Of a stretch of 62,203 nucleotides of DNA, positions 25,337 through 37,068 are shown piece after piece. Numbering within the stretch: the stretch's first letter is position 1; each line of letters begins with the position of its first letter. The notes below the pieces were generated by a model, which searched no databases, had not been told where the DNA came from, and saw only the letters and a list, made by a program, of their open reading frames with translations. The position numbers and the translations under genes were made by a program. Origin of the DNA: Guillardia theta CCMP2712 (Eukaryota > Protista > Cryptophyta); the NCBI RefSeq assembly GCF_000315625.1, contig NW_005434588.1:224558-286760 (forward strand), written 5' to 3'.

Positions 25337-26005
25337 TTACTTCCGTCTTGTCCCCCCGCTCCCACTCCCCCCCTTCAGCGAGTGCCTCGCTATGAACCGG
25401 TGGTACCAGTTCAAGCTCGCCTTGAAGCCCTCGATCCCCAGCTCCTCCGCTACCTCCTCCGCGTACCTGCACACCTCCTGCCGCCAGTTCGCCCCCCTCG
25501 CCGTCCTCACCACGTACTCGTGGATCCGCCGCTCCAGCTCCGGGTGCAGCGTGCTCGTGCTCCGCTTGATGTCCGTCGACACGCCGCTGGCCGCAAGCTG
25601 CTTGAGCCTCCGGACGTAGGTCGGCCTGAGGATCTTGGAGATGGACGACCGGCTCTTGCCGTACATGCGCGCCAGCTCTGACGGCGAGCGGTAGTCGAGG
25701 TCGTGCTTGGGCGCCTCGCTGCGGCGGACGATGTCGAGCTTCTGGCCGAGGGTGAGCTTGCCTGGAAAGAAGGGGTAGGAGGAGGGGCCGGGCTTGTAGG
25801 AGGCGAGGGTGGCAGGAGGCAGCCTTGATCTGCAGAGCAGGGGCGGAGCCGAGGCCCGTGGCAGCGGGGCAAGGTTGAGCGGAACGGGAGAAGCAGTCAT
25901 GTGCATCAGCTGCTCCTTCACACCAAGGGCGAAAAGCGGTGGTGGGTTGTCTGAGCGCTGGTCGGGGAGGAGGAGATCGAAGGGCTCAGGCTGGGCGTCT
26001 TGCAA
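25337..26005 (-). CDS. CENP-B/pogo-type DNA-binding protein (CENP-B N HTH plus Tc5 HTH), no DDE domain; 5' exons unresolved
   Basis: KLTLGQKLDIVRR...SELARMYGKSRSSISKIL and HPELERRIHEYV...AEEVAEELGIEGFKASLNWYHRFIARH, followed soon after by a stop. Confidence 0.75.
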   Translation of the reverse strand: MQDAQPEPFDLLLPDQRSDNPPPLFALGVKEQLMHMTASPVPLNLAPLPRASAPPLLCRSRLPPATLASYKPGPSSYPFFPGKLTLGQKLDIVRRSEAPKHDLDYRSPSELARMYGKSRSSISKILRPTYVRRLKQLAASGVSTDIKRSTSTLHPELERRIHEYVVRTARGANWRQEVCRYAEEVAEELGIEGFKASLNWYHRFIARHSLKGGSGSGGTRRK

Positions 26006-27801
26006 GGCTGACTCGTCGCTGTCGGGGGAGTCATCGGAGCGCCAGGGGTCAGCGGAGGGGAGGGGAGGGGGTACCTGATCCTCTCTATTGGTGACTTTTC
26101 ACTGTAGACTACAAGCAACAGCGAACATGCATTATGTCATGGTGAGCTGACGGCTGTTGAGAGAGAAAGCAAGACCCGAGATTGTGGTGATATCAAAAAC
26201 ATCCTCAGCCGAGTCATGAAACAACTGTCACTCTATCAGTCAAAGCAGCCAAACTGTTGTCTGCTGGACTACTTGAAGGGCCGCCCGGCGGAGAGAGTCA
26301 GGCTCACTGATACCGGGCGCCCTTTGGACGTAGCGTAGTCGGCGGCCCGGAAATAGGATGACGATGCCAGAAGCTGAGCTACCGTACCGTACCAGAGAGC
26401 ATGATGCTGATCTGATGAGTGTGTTTCAGGCTTAATCATTCAATTCCAGGAATGATTTCAAGCATACAAAGCCGCGCTGCCGCAAGCCTGCCAACTGTTG
26501 CCAAAGCCTGAACTCGGAAGTGAAACTTGACAGGCTCGGTCCAGCCTGTGCCACTGAGAACTTGGTAGCGGGCCCGGGCCCCCCGGCGGGGGCCGCGGGC
26601 GGCCGCCGGGCCGCCGCCGCACCGGGCCGACTCCGAGGCTCGGGGCCTCGGACTTGACGGGTGACTGAGCCTGGACTCCGGGAGTCGGGAGTCAGTGAAG
26701 TTGACGTTCGAGTCCGGCGGACGGTGGGGCCGTCTCGGCGCGGGCCCCCGGAACCGGCGGCGGCCCCGGACTGGCCGGTGACTAGTGTCACGGTTACACG
26801 GTCGGGCCCGGGCCCGGCGCGCCCGGTGCTTACGGTGGCACGCCGGGCGGCCGCGGGCGGCAGAGTCGGCGCCCGGCTCACTGCCGATCGGATCGGCCGC
26901 CGGGATCATCAGAGTCCGACGACTCAGCACGGTTCGCGGCCCCGGCGCGGCCTACCATTGAGAGTCCGGGACCGACACTGAGCCATCATAGACTCCCGTC
27001 AGTTTTTTTGAGCCTCGGAGTGACATGATACTACCCGGCGGTGACCCTGCGGCGTCGTGGCCGGGCCCCGGCCCGGGCACGGCGGCGCGGCCGGGGCCCC
27101 GGCGGCCCTCAGCCTAGCCCGGCGGTGTTTTTTTTTCGGCCCGGGGGCCGGGCCCGCCTCAGCCAGTGCGGGGCGCGGCCGTACGGTACTACTAGTCAGT
27201 GACACGGCGGTGGCACGGCCGGGCCGGGCCGCCTCTCACAGAGTCAGCCGGGCCCCGGGCCGGCGCCGGGATGCGGTTTCGGATTAGCTAAATGAATTTC
27301 ACTACCGTCACCGTCAGCATGGCGACCTGGAACAGTAGCAGCAAGGAGAGGGGAGGAGGAGGGGGAAGGGGAGGGAGAGAGACGGGGACATACAATGAGA
27401 GGGGAGAAGAGGAAAGAGGGTGATAAAGAGGGTGATTGTTCAATGGCTGAGGCGAGGACAAGGCGATGGAAGGTAGGCGGGGTAGCGAAGGAGCGGGAAT
27501 GATAAAGCATCCAACAAGGGACACGTTAGAGAAGCAAGCGGACGGTGTATGAAGACACTGTAGGGAGCTGACAGCACATGGAGTGTTGACGGCGAATCTG
27601 ATGTCGTTCCCAGCATTGTTGTCTGAGCGAGGATTGCGGCGACCTAGAGGACCTGGAGCATGTCGAGGGGGGGTGCGCTCCTCGGTCGTCGAGCCCTGCA
27701 GTACCAGATCACTCACACGACGAACAAGTGAGCGACGAGGAAGAGCAGCAGGAGGATGAAGAGTGTGGATGGGACTCGTGGGTTGAAGGAGACCGCTGGG
27801 C

Positions 27802-30157
27802 ATGGAGAGGGAGCAGGAGAGGGGAAGAGGAGGATCTCCTCAGATATCTTGCTCTGATGCTGGGTGCTATCACAGGGAAGGATTCATTGAGGATCCGTTC
27901 TGGGGAGCGTCAGTCCCACCTGAAATTGCAAGCCTTCCAAACCTAGTGGAGGATTCAGGTTTAAACGTTTTGAATTCTGCTCCTGCCCCTGCCCCTGCTC
28001 CTGCCCCATGCTCTCCGTTCTTTACGCCTCCACCTCATTCACCTCCACCTCATAGCATCTGACCTACAACAATTTGTGATCAGGCCGAGACCATTTTCGT
28101 GCTTCACTGGGATTATCTGTTCACCACCTGTCAGGGAAAGGTGAGCACAAGGGCAACAGCAAGTGCGATCGCGCTGACATGCGTGCAGATGTCGAAGAGG
28201 AGGATCTCGAAGATGTGAGAGCCGTTGACCTGGATCGATCGATCATGTCGGTGCTCCTGGAATGATGCGCTTACTGCTCGCCAGGTTGGTCAGGCGCTCT
28301 TCCAAGGGACGACGAGGGCGCTGGTGAGGACGAGACTTGTGCGGTCCCCTTCCTCATTCTGTGCAGTTGTGCGCCATCAGAAGCAAGGCTGAGGAGGAGA
28401 AGATTCTCAACGATCTGGTGGGTTCGAGGCTCTTGGGTGGATGCCCCCACCACTACCACCACAATCACCACCACCACCACCTCCTCCTCATCTTCCTCCT
28501 CTTCCTCCCTCCTCCTCCTGCTTCTCAATCTCCTGTTCCTTTACCACCACCTCCACCAACAACCCCACTTTCTCTACCACCAAGACCACCACCACCACCA
28601 CCACTACTTCCACTTCCACTTCCACTTCCACTTCCACTTCCACAACCTCCATCCCCTCCTTGTCCAACACCTCCTCGTCCTGCCCTTCAACCTCCGCCTC
28701 TTTGCATTCCGCACTTGCCCATCTTGACTACTTCATCCGTTCCTTGCACGAGTTCTTACGCTTGGCTCGCAGCAAGCTCTCAGCTTGTCGCCGGATGTCT
28801 CCAAAGACTTCGTGCAGGTTGCCGAGACAGCTCGTAACCCTCCCGATGCTCAAGGTTCTCCTGCTCAGGCTCTCTCGCGCGCAAGGACTCGTATCCTCAG
28901 TGGACCTCAGTTGAGCGGACCTTCGTTCCCCTCGCTAGAGGATATGCGGTGAGAGAAGCGAGGGGCGAGGAGGAGCGAAGAGAATGCAGAAGAGTTGGGG
29001 ATACAAGTTTTGAAACGAGGAGGCATGATAGACAGCTTGTACGAGAGGGAGGGAGGCAGCCTTGGGATAGGGCTGAGAAGACAGGGCACAATGACGATAC
29101 AGGACAAGGACTGGGAGGAGGTGGAGGAAGTTGGGGGGGGGGGGGGGCGAGGAAGGAGGAGGAGGAGGAGGAGGAGGAGGAGGAGATGACAGGTTGCAGA
29201 TGGCGCGTTGACGTCACGATCTCGACGACTTCGCTCTCCCGCGTCATGCGACCAACTGTAAGCACCAGTAGATTCTTATCACTTCTGACTCCTGCTCCTC
29301 TTTTCACCTTCCTCGACTTTCTCGACCCATCTGCGCATTGACCTTCCTCCCTACTCTTATCCTTGCTCTCCCCCTCCTCCTCCCACTCCTGCTCCTCCCC
29401 CTCCTCCTCCCACTCCTGCTCCTCCCCTCCTCCTCCCACTCCTGCTCCTCCGTGCTTTTTGACTCCCTGCTTCTTCGCTGTATATCCTTCCTCTCTCGCG
29501 TCCCCACTGACTCCCTCCAAGATCTTGATGCAGTGGACGCTCTCCGATGGATCCATCGAGACCTTCGAGGTCAGGAGACGACTTCCTCCTCCTCCTGCCA
29601 CGTTGACCTGCGGGCCGCAGGTGTCGGTGGACAAGCTGCAGGACCTCCGGTATGACGTGGCGAAGTCCCTGCAAGAGCTCAAGGTCTGTCTCCTCTGCAG
29701 AGAGCAGGAGGGAGGGGGAAAGGAGATGACTGCTGCTGCTGCTGCTGCTGCTGCAGGAGCTCGAGAACACCCAGCTATTCCGCCTTCACGGCGCTTCCAA
29801 GACGAAGGCCACCAAGGTGACGCTGAGTCAGAATCATCCATCCACCTCCTCCTCTGACTGATCCCTCCTCCCCTTCTCCTGTTGTCTCCACCCAACCAAC
29901 CTTCCAGTCAGCCCCCCTTCCTCCCCTTCCCTCCTTCCCCTCTTACCTTTCCCTTCCCAAATTCCTCCCTCACCTCAGCCCTCTTACTTTCACGTTCTCC
30001 CTCCTCTCCTTCCGTGAGATGATTCTGCTCTTCGCAGGAGACCTCCCCCGCCAAGAGGCCCGTCACATCCTCCTCCGCCAGCCCTGCCCATCAGACTTCG
30101 AGCGCCGAGCGAGCAGGAGAGTCCAGCAGCATGACGGCGGCAGTTCCTGACTTCTAG
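27802..30157 (+). CDS. COMMD5: COMM domain-containing protein 5 (Commander complex), multi-exon
   Basis: N-terminal FWGASVPPEIASL..DHFRASL and COMM domain WRVDVTISTTSLSRVMRPT|ILMQWTLSDGSIETFE|VSVDKLQDLRYDVAKSLQELK, both resembling COMMD5. Stop at 30155-30157. Start approximate. Confidence 0.8.
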
Positions 30158-33067
30158 TGAGAATACAGACCCCACTGTAACCTCAGTGACTATGACGGTA
30201 ACACGCGACACGTGACAGGCTGAATAGTCCGATCGTTGAGGCTAGCAGGCCCTTCAAGTCAGTCACATACACTCAGAGTCTGACATGATGCGGCTGATCA
30301 ACCCGGCGAGTCATTCCGTTTGGCTCACTCGCCGCGCCGCCCAGCCGTGGCATCTGAGCCGCGCCGGAACTTGCCATGATATGACCGGACTCCCGGACCC
30401 AGTGGCCGGGCGTCAGAACTGAGCGGCCCGGCCGCGCGTTCACGGCGCCACTCAGACAATACGCCGGGTAGTCACTGCCAACTACTACCGGGGGCTGGGC
30501 CGCCGGCGGGAGCCGCTACCGTACTAGGCCCCCGGCTAGCAAACAGTAGGCCCGCGGCCGCCCGGCCACCCTCAGGACTGCCAGTGCCCGAGTAATCGAA
30601 TCAAGGTCCACCTCACTGGCCAGAATCTATTCAACCCAAGATCCACCAAAGACTAACTCTCAGTACACCTGAGATCCTTACACCAACCTTATTCACCTCA
30701 ACGATACACAGCTGTGCACTCACTAACACCTTCAGTGATGATGATAGAACTCTCAGAAGAACCACACAACACCACCAACAGTTCCTTTATTCACAGCAGC
30801 CACCTTCCCTTCACAGCCTTCCTTCCCTTCTCAATGCACACCGCTGAGACGACACGTGTCCCTTCAGACACCCTTTCCAGCCTTGCCTCCAGGCTCCTCG
30901 ATTTCCTAAGTCACAGCCTAAGTAATGACGGTATTCCATCTCGCTGAGCTTCGTCCACCGATGAGACACATTACCCTGAACTTCTCGCCGTCTCCAAGAA
31001 CTTATCCGGGTTCTTACACCGAGGCTCAGTGCCGCACGGTGTGACGCGCGAGTCACTGAGTCTCGTGCCCTACAGGCGGCACTCCGCCGGGCCGACGGCG
31101 ACTCGGCGACTCGAGTCTGAGGCTCATCGGAGTACTACGGTCCGATCTACTAGGCTAGTCGGCGTTCACTCAGTGCGGCCCCGGCAGGTCCGGGGGCGTC
31201 CACTCAGCAGAAGGGAGGGGCGGCCTCTTCTTTTAAAAGAAAATAATCTTAAAATAATATTCATCAGTGGTATTGAGCCCTCTACATGTAAAACCTTTTT
31301 GTCTGATTTGAGATATATGTATACATTATATAGACTTCTAATAAGAATATATAATATCCCACCATAGCGTTACGCATAAAACGATGGATCAAAATCTAAA
31401 ACTTATAAGTATAATATTTTGTACCATATTTTTATAAATATTTTACAAGTCAATGTTACCTGCCTCTACCCCTTAAAAGACCACGAACACCGGTCGTGAT
31501 TCAAATTTTTGAAGTTTCCTTCATATTCTCAAAATAAGACCTTACAGTTTCAAAATTTAACTGAGGAATATGAAACATGCCGGTAGGTTCAACATCCCTC
31601 CACTACTATCCACCCCGGGAGCAGTACCCACCCCATGATCATACCTGCTCCCGATCACCCACTACGATCGTTCACTCTGGAAGTTTGAAGGTCCACCCCT
31701 ACCCCTCAATTCCATCAGGATTTGGAGGAAAATCCCCATAGACTACCCACCCTTCGATGCACCCCTTCAAAGCAAGAATCATACCACCCTACCTTCTAGG
31801 AGGGCACGGAGAGTACCCCCTACCCCACCCCAACATGGGCTTCATCGTGCGGGCACTTCGAGAATGCAACAGATGACCCCTACACCCCCTCAAATACTAC
31901 CACTACCCCCAAAACACTACGATGCATATCACAAAACTATTTTTAAGCCTTTGTACCCACAGCAGCTTTTGTGTACCCCTTCTATTTCAGAATTATCCTG
32001 TCATTACCCCTATATGAAAGATGAAAAATACCGGTGTTTATAACCCCACCTATGGATCAGAAGCAACTCGATAGTCATCACCCATTCGGACAACCTACAC
32101 CAAATCGTCTGATCACCCCCACCCCTGGATAGACTACCCCTACCCCTTCCAAAACCCCCCCGACAGACCTTGACCCCGATAAAGCCAGCGCGGCAGCCGC
32201 GTGATGGCAGAGCAAAGATGGTGATCAGAGAGGATGGAGAGAAAGGAGGCTCGGATGAGGAGAGAGAACAGAACATGCTGGATGAGAGATAGTTTTAGTG
32301 AGCAAGGAGATCATAACGATATGAGACAGAGGAGAGGAGGAATGGGCAAGAAGGAGCGAGTTTTGTGAAGTTGTGTTGTGTTTGAGCCAGGCGACAACAA
32401 GTGGGTAGTGTGAAATGTGAAGAGCTCTGAATAGGTCAATGAAGGCAGTAGACTTATGCAACTGACTTATGAAAGAGGCGGTTCTTTTGAGTGACCGCAT
32501 CTCATATTCCAGTTGTAACCATGTCGTAAATGATTTGACAAAAACGAAGCATGTTGAGACCATTCAATCACAAACCAGCGACTAGAAGCGATTTACTTAG
32601 ACACCGTCTGTGTACAATCTGTCCGAAAATTGCATTCGGACAGAAGATCGAGGCGGTGGAGTGAGGACAGAAAATTTGATCAATGAGGGCAGAGCATTGC
32701 TACCCCTAATACTTTTTCATCGTGATGATAGCACATAGAATACTAGCAACGAAATTCGCTCTACAGATGTGTGCATCGAACTCGGAATGTGATGTCAGTG
32801 TTTTGGGAAGCATGTTTGATTGGTGCGAGGAACTCCTTGAGTGCATAGGACTTCATCTACCGTGAGCAGGAGCTCCATTCCTCACATGAAGCATGTAGTC
32901 ATGGATGAAGCATGCAATTTTACAAGCATCTATAATTCGTCTCTGTAAATCTGTTTTGTTTCTTGAATCGCCTGATGTTTGTCAAATCATATGTTCCAGT
33001 AGTATCTACCCTTGCCTGAATGGAAGAAACGCTGACTCTTGTCTCAGAAGTGCACATAGATACAACA

Positions 33068-33608
33068 ATGATTGGTTGGTGGCTATCCAAGTTCCTGGCG
33101 ATGATCTTTTCTGTTCTTTATCCTGCCTTCGAATCGTACAAGGCGATCAAGACAAAGTCCACGGAGGACGATATCCAGGTGCGACTTGTGAAAATGCGAA
33201 CTCGCATCTGAGCGTCAAACCCAACAGTGGTTGTCGTACTGGGTTATCTTTGGTATCTTCACCATGGGAGAATTCTTCCTCGACATTGTGATCTGCTGGT
33301 AAGGCGTTCAGAATCTCATTACCTTGATTGACGTGCCTTGGCAGGATTCCTCTGTATTACGAAGCCAAGCTCATTTTTATTTTGTGGCTGGTCTCGTCGT
33401 ACACCAAGGGTGCCCTGCTCATCTACAACAAGTATGAGTCGTCTATCGACCACGTTGTCAAGCTGGTTGAGGACAAGTTGAAGAGCATTCAGGCCGTGAG
33501 TTCCCCTTGCTGTCTCTCAGCAGCTGTGCTGAGAAATGGTTGCAGCAACCTAAGCAGAATGAGCAGAAGGAGCAGAAGTCGGAAACTTCCGATGAGAAAC
33601 AAGATTAA
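33068..33608 (+). CDS. TB2/DP1/HVA22 (REEP/Yop1) ER-shaping protein
   Basis: Exons 33068-33178, 33228-33298, 33345-33495 and 33546-33608 give LYPAFESYKAI...DDIQWLSYWVIF...WIPLYYEAKLIFILWL..KGALLIY. Confidence 0.9.
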
Positions 33609-33829
33609 GAGAAAAGCAATTGATTATCCGGAAGAAGACATGTTAATTCTTGCGTGTAGCGGTTGGTTTGTGGACTGGAGACTATTCCTATGGCATTCGA
33701 ACCGCAGTTCAAACAAATTTAATCCAAGAGAAATTAAACGAATTCTACATGTTACGATCAAGTCTTACTTCGCACTGAAAGAAGTTTACAGGTCATCTTG
33801 TATACTTCAGAGCAGGATCCGAACTGTTG

Positions 33830-34729
33830 TCATCGATGTTTCAATCTCTTCTTGAACCTCTCCATTACGAGGTCGTCCGAGGACAAATCGGGCCTCTTGA
33901 CTTCACTGGCTGCCGCTGGTCGCCCCTCCCTCTCCTTGCCGTTCCTCTTGATGTAGTTGGCGTTGAAGTTCCCGACCCCACCGACCGCCTCTGCCTCCTT
34001 GCTGATCAGAGGGATGTTCTGCTTGGCCATGACCTTCTTTCCCTTCCTCATCTCTCCCTCCATCCTCATGTATCCCTTCTCAGATGCCGTATCCACCACG
34101 AACGTAGACTGGCGCACTCCGTTGATCCTCTCCTCCAGGATCTTCTTCTTCGCCTTCTCCGTCTCTTCAATGTTCTTGAGCTTCTCTTCCAAAGGGAGCT
34201 CCACCTCCACTATCCCCGTTAGCCAAGTCTCAGCTGCGTCCCCTAGCTGCCTGGTCTTTGACTTGACCCGATACTCCTCGGGTATCACGTAGAGCTCGTC
34301 CTCGGCGGAAAGCCTCTTCGTCTCTCCCTCCCCTCCCTCAGATGATCCCTTGAGTCTCTCATCGATGTACTTGTGCAGCTGCTTCTCGAGCATGCCGAGC
34401 TCGGGCTCTGCAGAGTCCTCCGTGCTGAACTGACTGTCGAGCATGCTGGCAGGCGTTTGCTCGACGAAGGTTTCGATCTGATTCTTCTTCAAAGGGTCGT
34501 AGACCTTGGCTAACTTGTCCACATCTACCCCCGACCTCCCGCTCCTCAGTCTCTGCTCCAACTTGGTCTCCTCGATCGCTGATCTAATGTTGGCCACCGG
34601 CTCCTCCGGCTCCTCCTCGTCTCCGCTGCTTCTCTCCTTCCTTCGGATGCAACCTCGCCTTGGCTTCTTCTTGAAGACTGGAGCTTCCCCTCCGTCGGCT
34701 TGCGTTGGTTCCTTGAGGTCGTCCGCCAT
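33830..34729 (-). CDS. TLS1/C9orf78 (Hep59) splicing-associated protein, single exon
   Basis: 299-aa ORF with EDELYVIPE, WLTGIVEVELPLEEKLKNIEETEKAK and SDDLVMERFKKR motifs. Confidence 0.85.
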   Translation of the reverse strand: MADDLKEPTQADGGEAPVFKKKPRRGCIRRKERSSGDEEEPEEPVANIRSAIEETKLEQRLRSGRSGVDVDKLAKVYDPLKKNQIETFVEQTPASMLDSQFSTEDSAEPELGMLEKQLHKYIDERLKGSSEGGEGETKRLSAEDELYVIPEEYRVKSKTRQLGDAAETWLTGIVEVELPLEEKLKNIEETEKAKKKILEERINGVRQSTFVVDTASEKGYMRMEGEMRKGKKVMAKQNIPLISKEAEAVGGVGNFNANYIKRNGKEREGRPAAASEVKRPDLSSDDLVMERFKKRLKHR

Positions 34730-35003
34730 GCCTCGAAGAAGCTAGAACATAGAAATGTCAGACACCTTTAAAGACATCAAGTCTGAAGCTCTCCCTCCAT
34801 CTGCTTCTCCCTCCCTCCCTGTCTCCCTCCCTCCCTCCCTCCCTCCCTCCCTCCCTCCCTCCCTCCCTCCCTGTCTCCCTCCCTCCCTCCCTCCCTCCCT
34901 CCCTCCTACTCGTGCATTCGAAAAGCTTCCACGTACTCATCCCCCTCAGCTTCAAAATCTTCCCCCTCATACTCCACCCACCTCATCGTTGGCAGGGGAG
35001 GCC

Positions 35004-36685
35004 ATGGCGCGATCGTATTCCCCCATCCTCTCCGCCTGCCTCCTCCTCCTCCTCCCCGCCTCCTCCTTCTCTTTCCTCTCCCTCCAGTCTCCCTCCTGCC
35101 TGCGGGCCCTCCCGCATCGCCAGACCCCCGCATACTCTGCGATCCCCTCGGCTCCGTCTGGGACTCTCCATGGATCCCTGCGCGTCATGCGGACGGCCCG
35201 CGGCGGCTGCTCATCCATGAAGATGGAGGACAAGAACTCTGGCTACAGGCAGGATGAAATCCCTCGTTTCCAGGTGAGCACGCACCCCCTGCGCTCTTGC
35301 TGCTGATCCTCCTCCCCCAGAGCCCTCCGCCCATGTCCAAGGCCCAGGAAGCGATGCTGAAGAGCGTGCTGGAGAAGGCGAAGACGAGCAAGAAGATCAA
35401 GAGGGTTGAGTTCAAGACGCAAGTCAAGTCGATGTGCAAGGTTGAAGATAACGACGTCGCTGAGAACGTGACCTTGGGGACGTGAGTGTGACATGGCTGC
35501 TGTGCTGAACCTCGTATTCACCGATGCTCTTGCAGATACATGACGCTCCCTGCCGAGCAGTGGATCACTCTGGACGACAACTACATCCAGAGGCTGGATG
35601 ATGGAAGCAACCCGGATGATGTCAAGTACAGGTTCACCCTCCCCCTCAAGCCCATGATGCAGGTACTCCTCCTCTCATCGCCCTGCTCAATGCTGATTCC
35701 CTCCCCTTCAGCTTCCTCTCACGGCAACATGTGACGTGAGCGTGCACGTCGACAAGAAGAAGCAGCAGCTGAGACTCGAGGCTTGCGGAGCTCGTCTGAG
35801 AGCATCGACGGCGGAGGAGGACGCCTCCCCGGTCCGATCTCCCTTCACCTCACCTTCCCTTTTTTTCCCGCCCCGTCCTCCTCCATTTGCTCCCTCCTCC
35901 TCTACCCTCCTCGATTGCGACGCCCTAACTCACTCGATTCATCCCCTTCATCCCTCCCTCCCTCCCTCTCTCCCCTCCCCTCCCCTCCCCTCCTCTCCCC
36001 TCCCCCCCGCCTTTCCACTCGCTCACGTGCGGATTCTTCAGGCGCCTGCAAACGCTGCCAACATGTCCATGGCTCCTCCCAACATCCCCCCTAACTTCAC
36101 CGAGTCCATCGAGAAAGCTGATCTGCAGATGGGGTTCAAGACCCTGATCAAGTGGAAGGAGGGCAAGGATGCTTCATCGCAGGGCCAGCTCGACCTCTCT
36201 GCCGAAGTCGATGTTGCCATCACCTTCCCTCCTCCTCTCTCCCTCCTCCCCGGGTTTCTTCTCCGCCAGGCGTGCGGGCTGGTACTCAAGGCTGCTTCCT
36301 CCACCATCCTCCCGAGGTTCGGGCAGCTCGTCGCTGAGGACTACAGGAGGTGGTCGAGGAACGAGCCCAGGTGATGTGCTTCCAACCTTGCCTTCGCCTT
36401 TTCCAGCCTACCCTTCTCATGCACTTCACTCGCTCACTCTTCCACCCACTCGCTCACCCCTCGTTCCCTCACTGGCTCACTGGCTCACTCACTCACTTTC
36501 CCCTTACTCCTCTACCCCTCTCTCTCCCCTTGCTCTTTCTCCCTCCTCGTTCGCATCTGACTCTCCCTGTCTTGCGCCTCAGGGTCGGAGGTTCGCTAGC
36601 TGCTCCGTCCTTTGCTCAACAGCTGGAGGAGGATCCTTACTACGCTTCGAGCCTGACCATCAAGCCGACGCCAACGAAAGATTGA
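35004..36685 (+). CDS. Plastid-targeted DUF1997 family protein, multi-exon
   Basis: Signal peptide ending SFS-F plus a transit peptide. Motifs YMTLPAEQWITLD, YRFTLP and VAITFPPPLSLLP...ILPRFGQLVAEDYRRW. Confidence 0.7.
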
Positions 36686-37068
36686 GTCGCAAGCTGACAG
36701 ACCGCAAGGAGTGCTGTACATTAAACTCTAGGAGCAAGAGGGCGAGAAAGGGGAGGGAGGACAAGGAAGGTTCGTCTGATACAAGAGGAGGAAGAGGGAA
36801 GTGAAAAAGGGGAGAAATGCCGCGCGTTATCTCGAACCCCGTGATCTGCATACTCAGAGTTTCCATTGTAGCCTTGACTATGTAACATTCATTGAAAGTT
36901 GATTGTTCATCAGAGGAACGGAGGAAGAGAGGAGGAAGGAAGAAGTCAGTGGAAGGCAAAGGAAGGGTGGGGCTGGGTGCCAGTGGGCTGTAGGGATCAT
37001 CCAGCTCATGAAAGGTGATGAGCAAGAGAAAAAATCTAACACTTGACAAGAAAACAGTCTTCGTCCCT

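Noticed and set aside
25337-26300. Active pogo/Tigger transposon
   Set aside because: No DDE domain, terminal inverted repeats or TA target duplication are visible.
26432-27290. Several Arg/Pro/Gly/Ala-rich ORFs in GC islands (also near 18500, 40450, 47070 and 56800)
   Set aside because: Stop-poor GC-rich non-coding islands with no recognisable motifs and overlapping ORFs on both strands.
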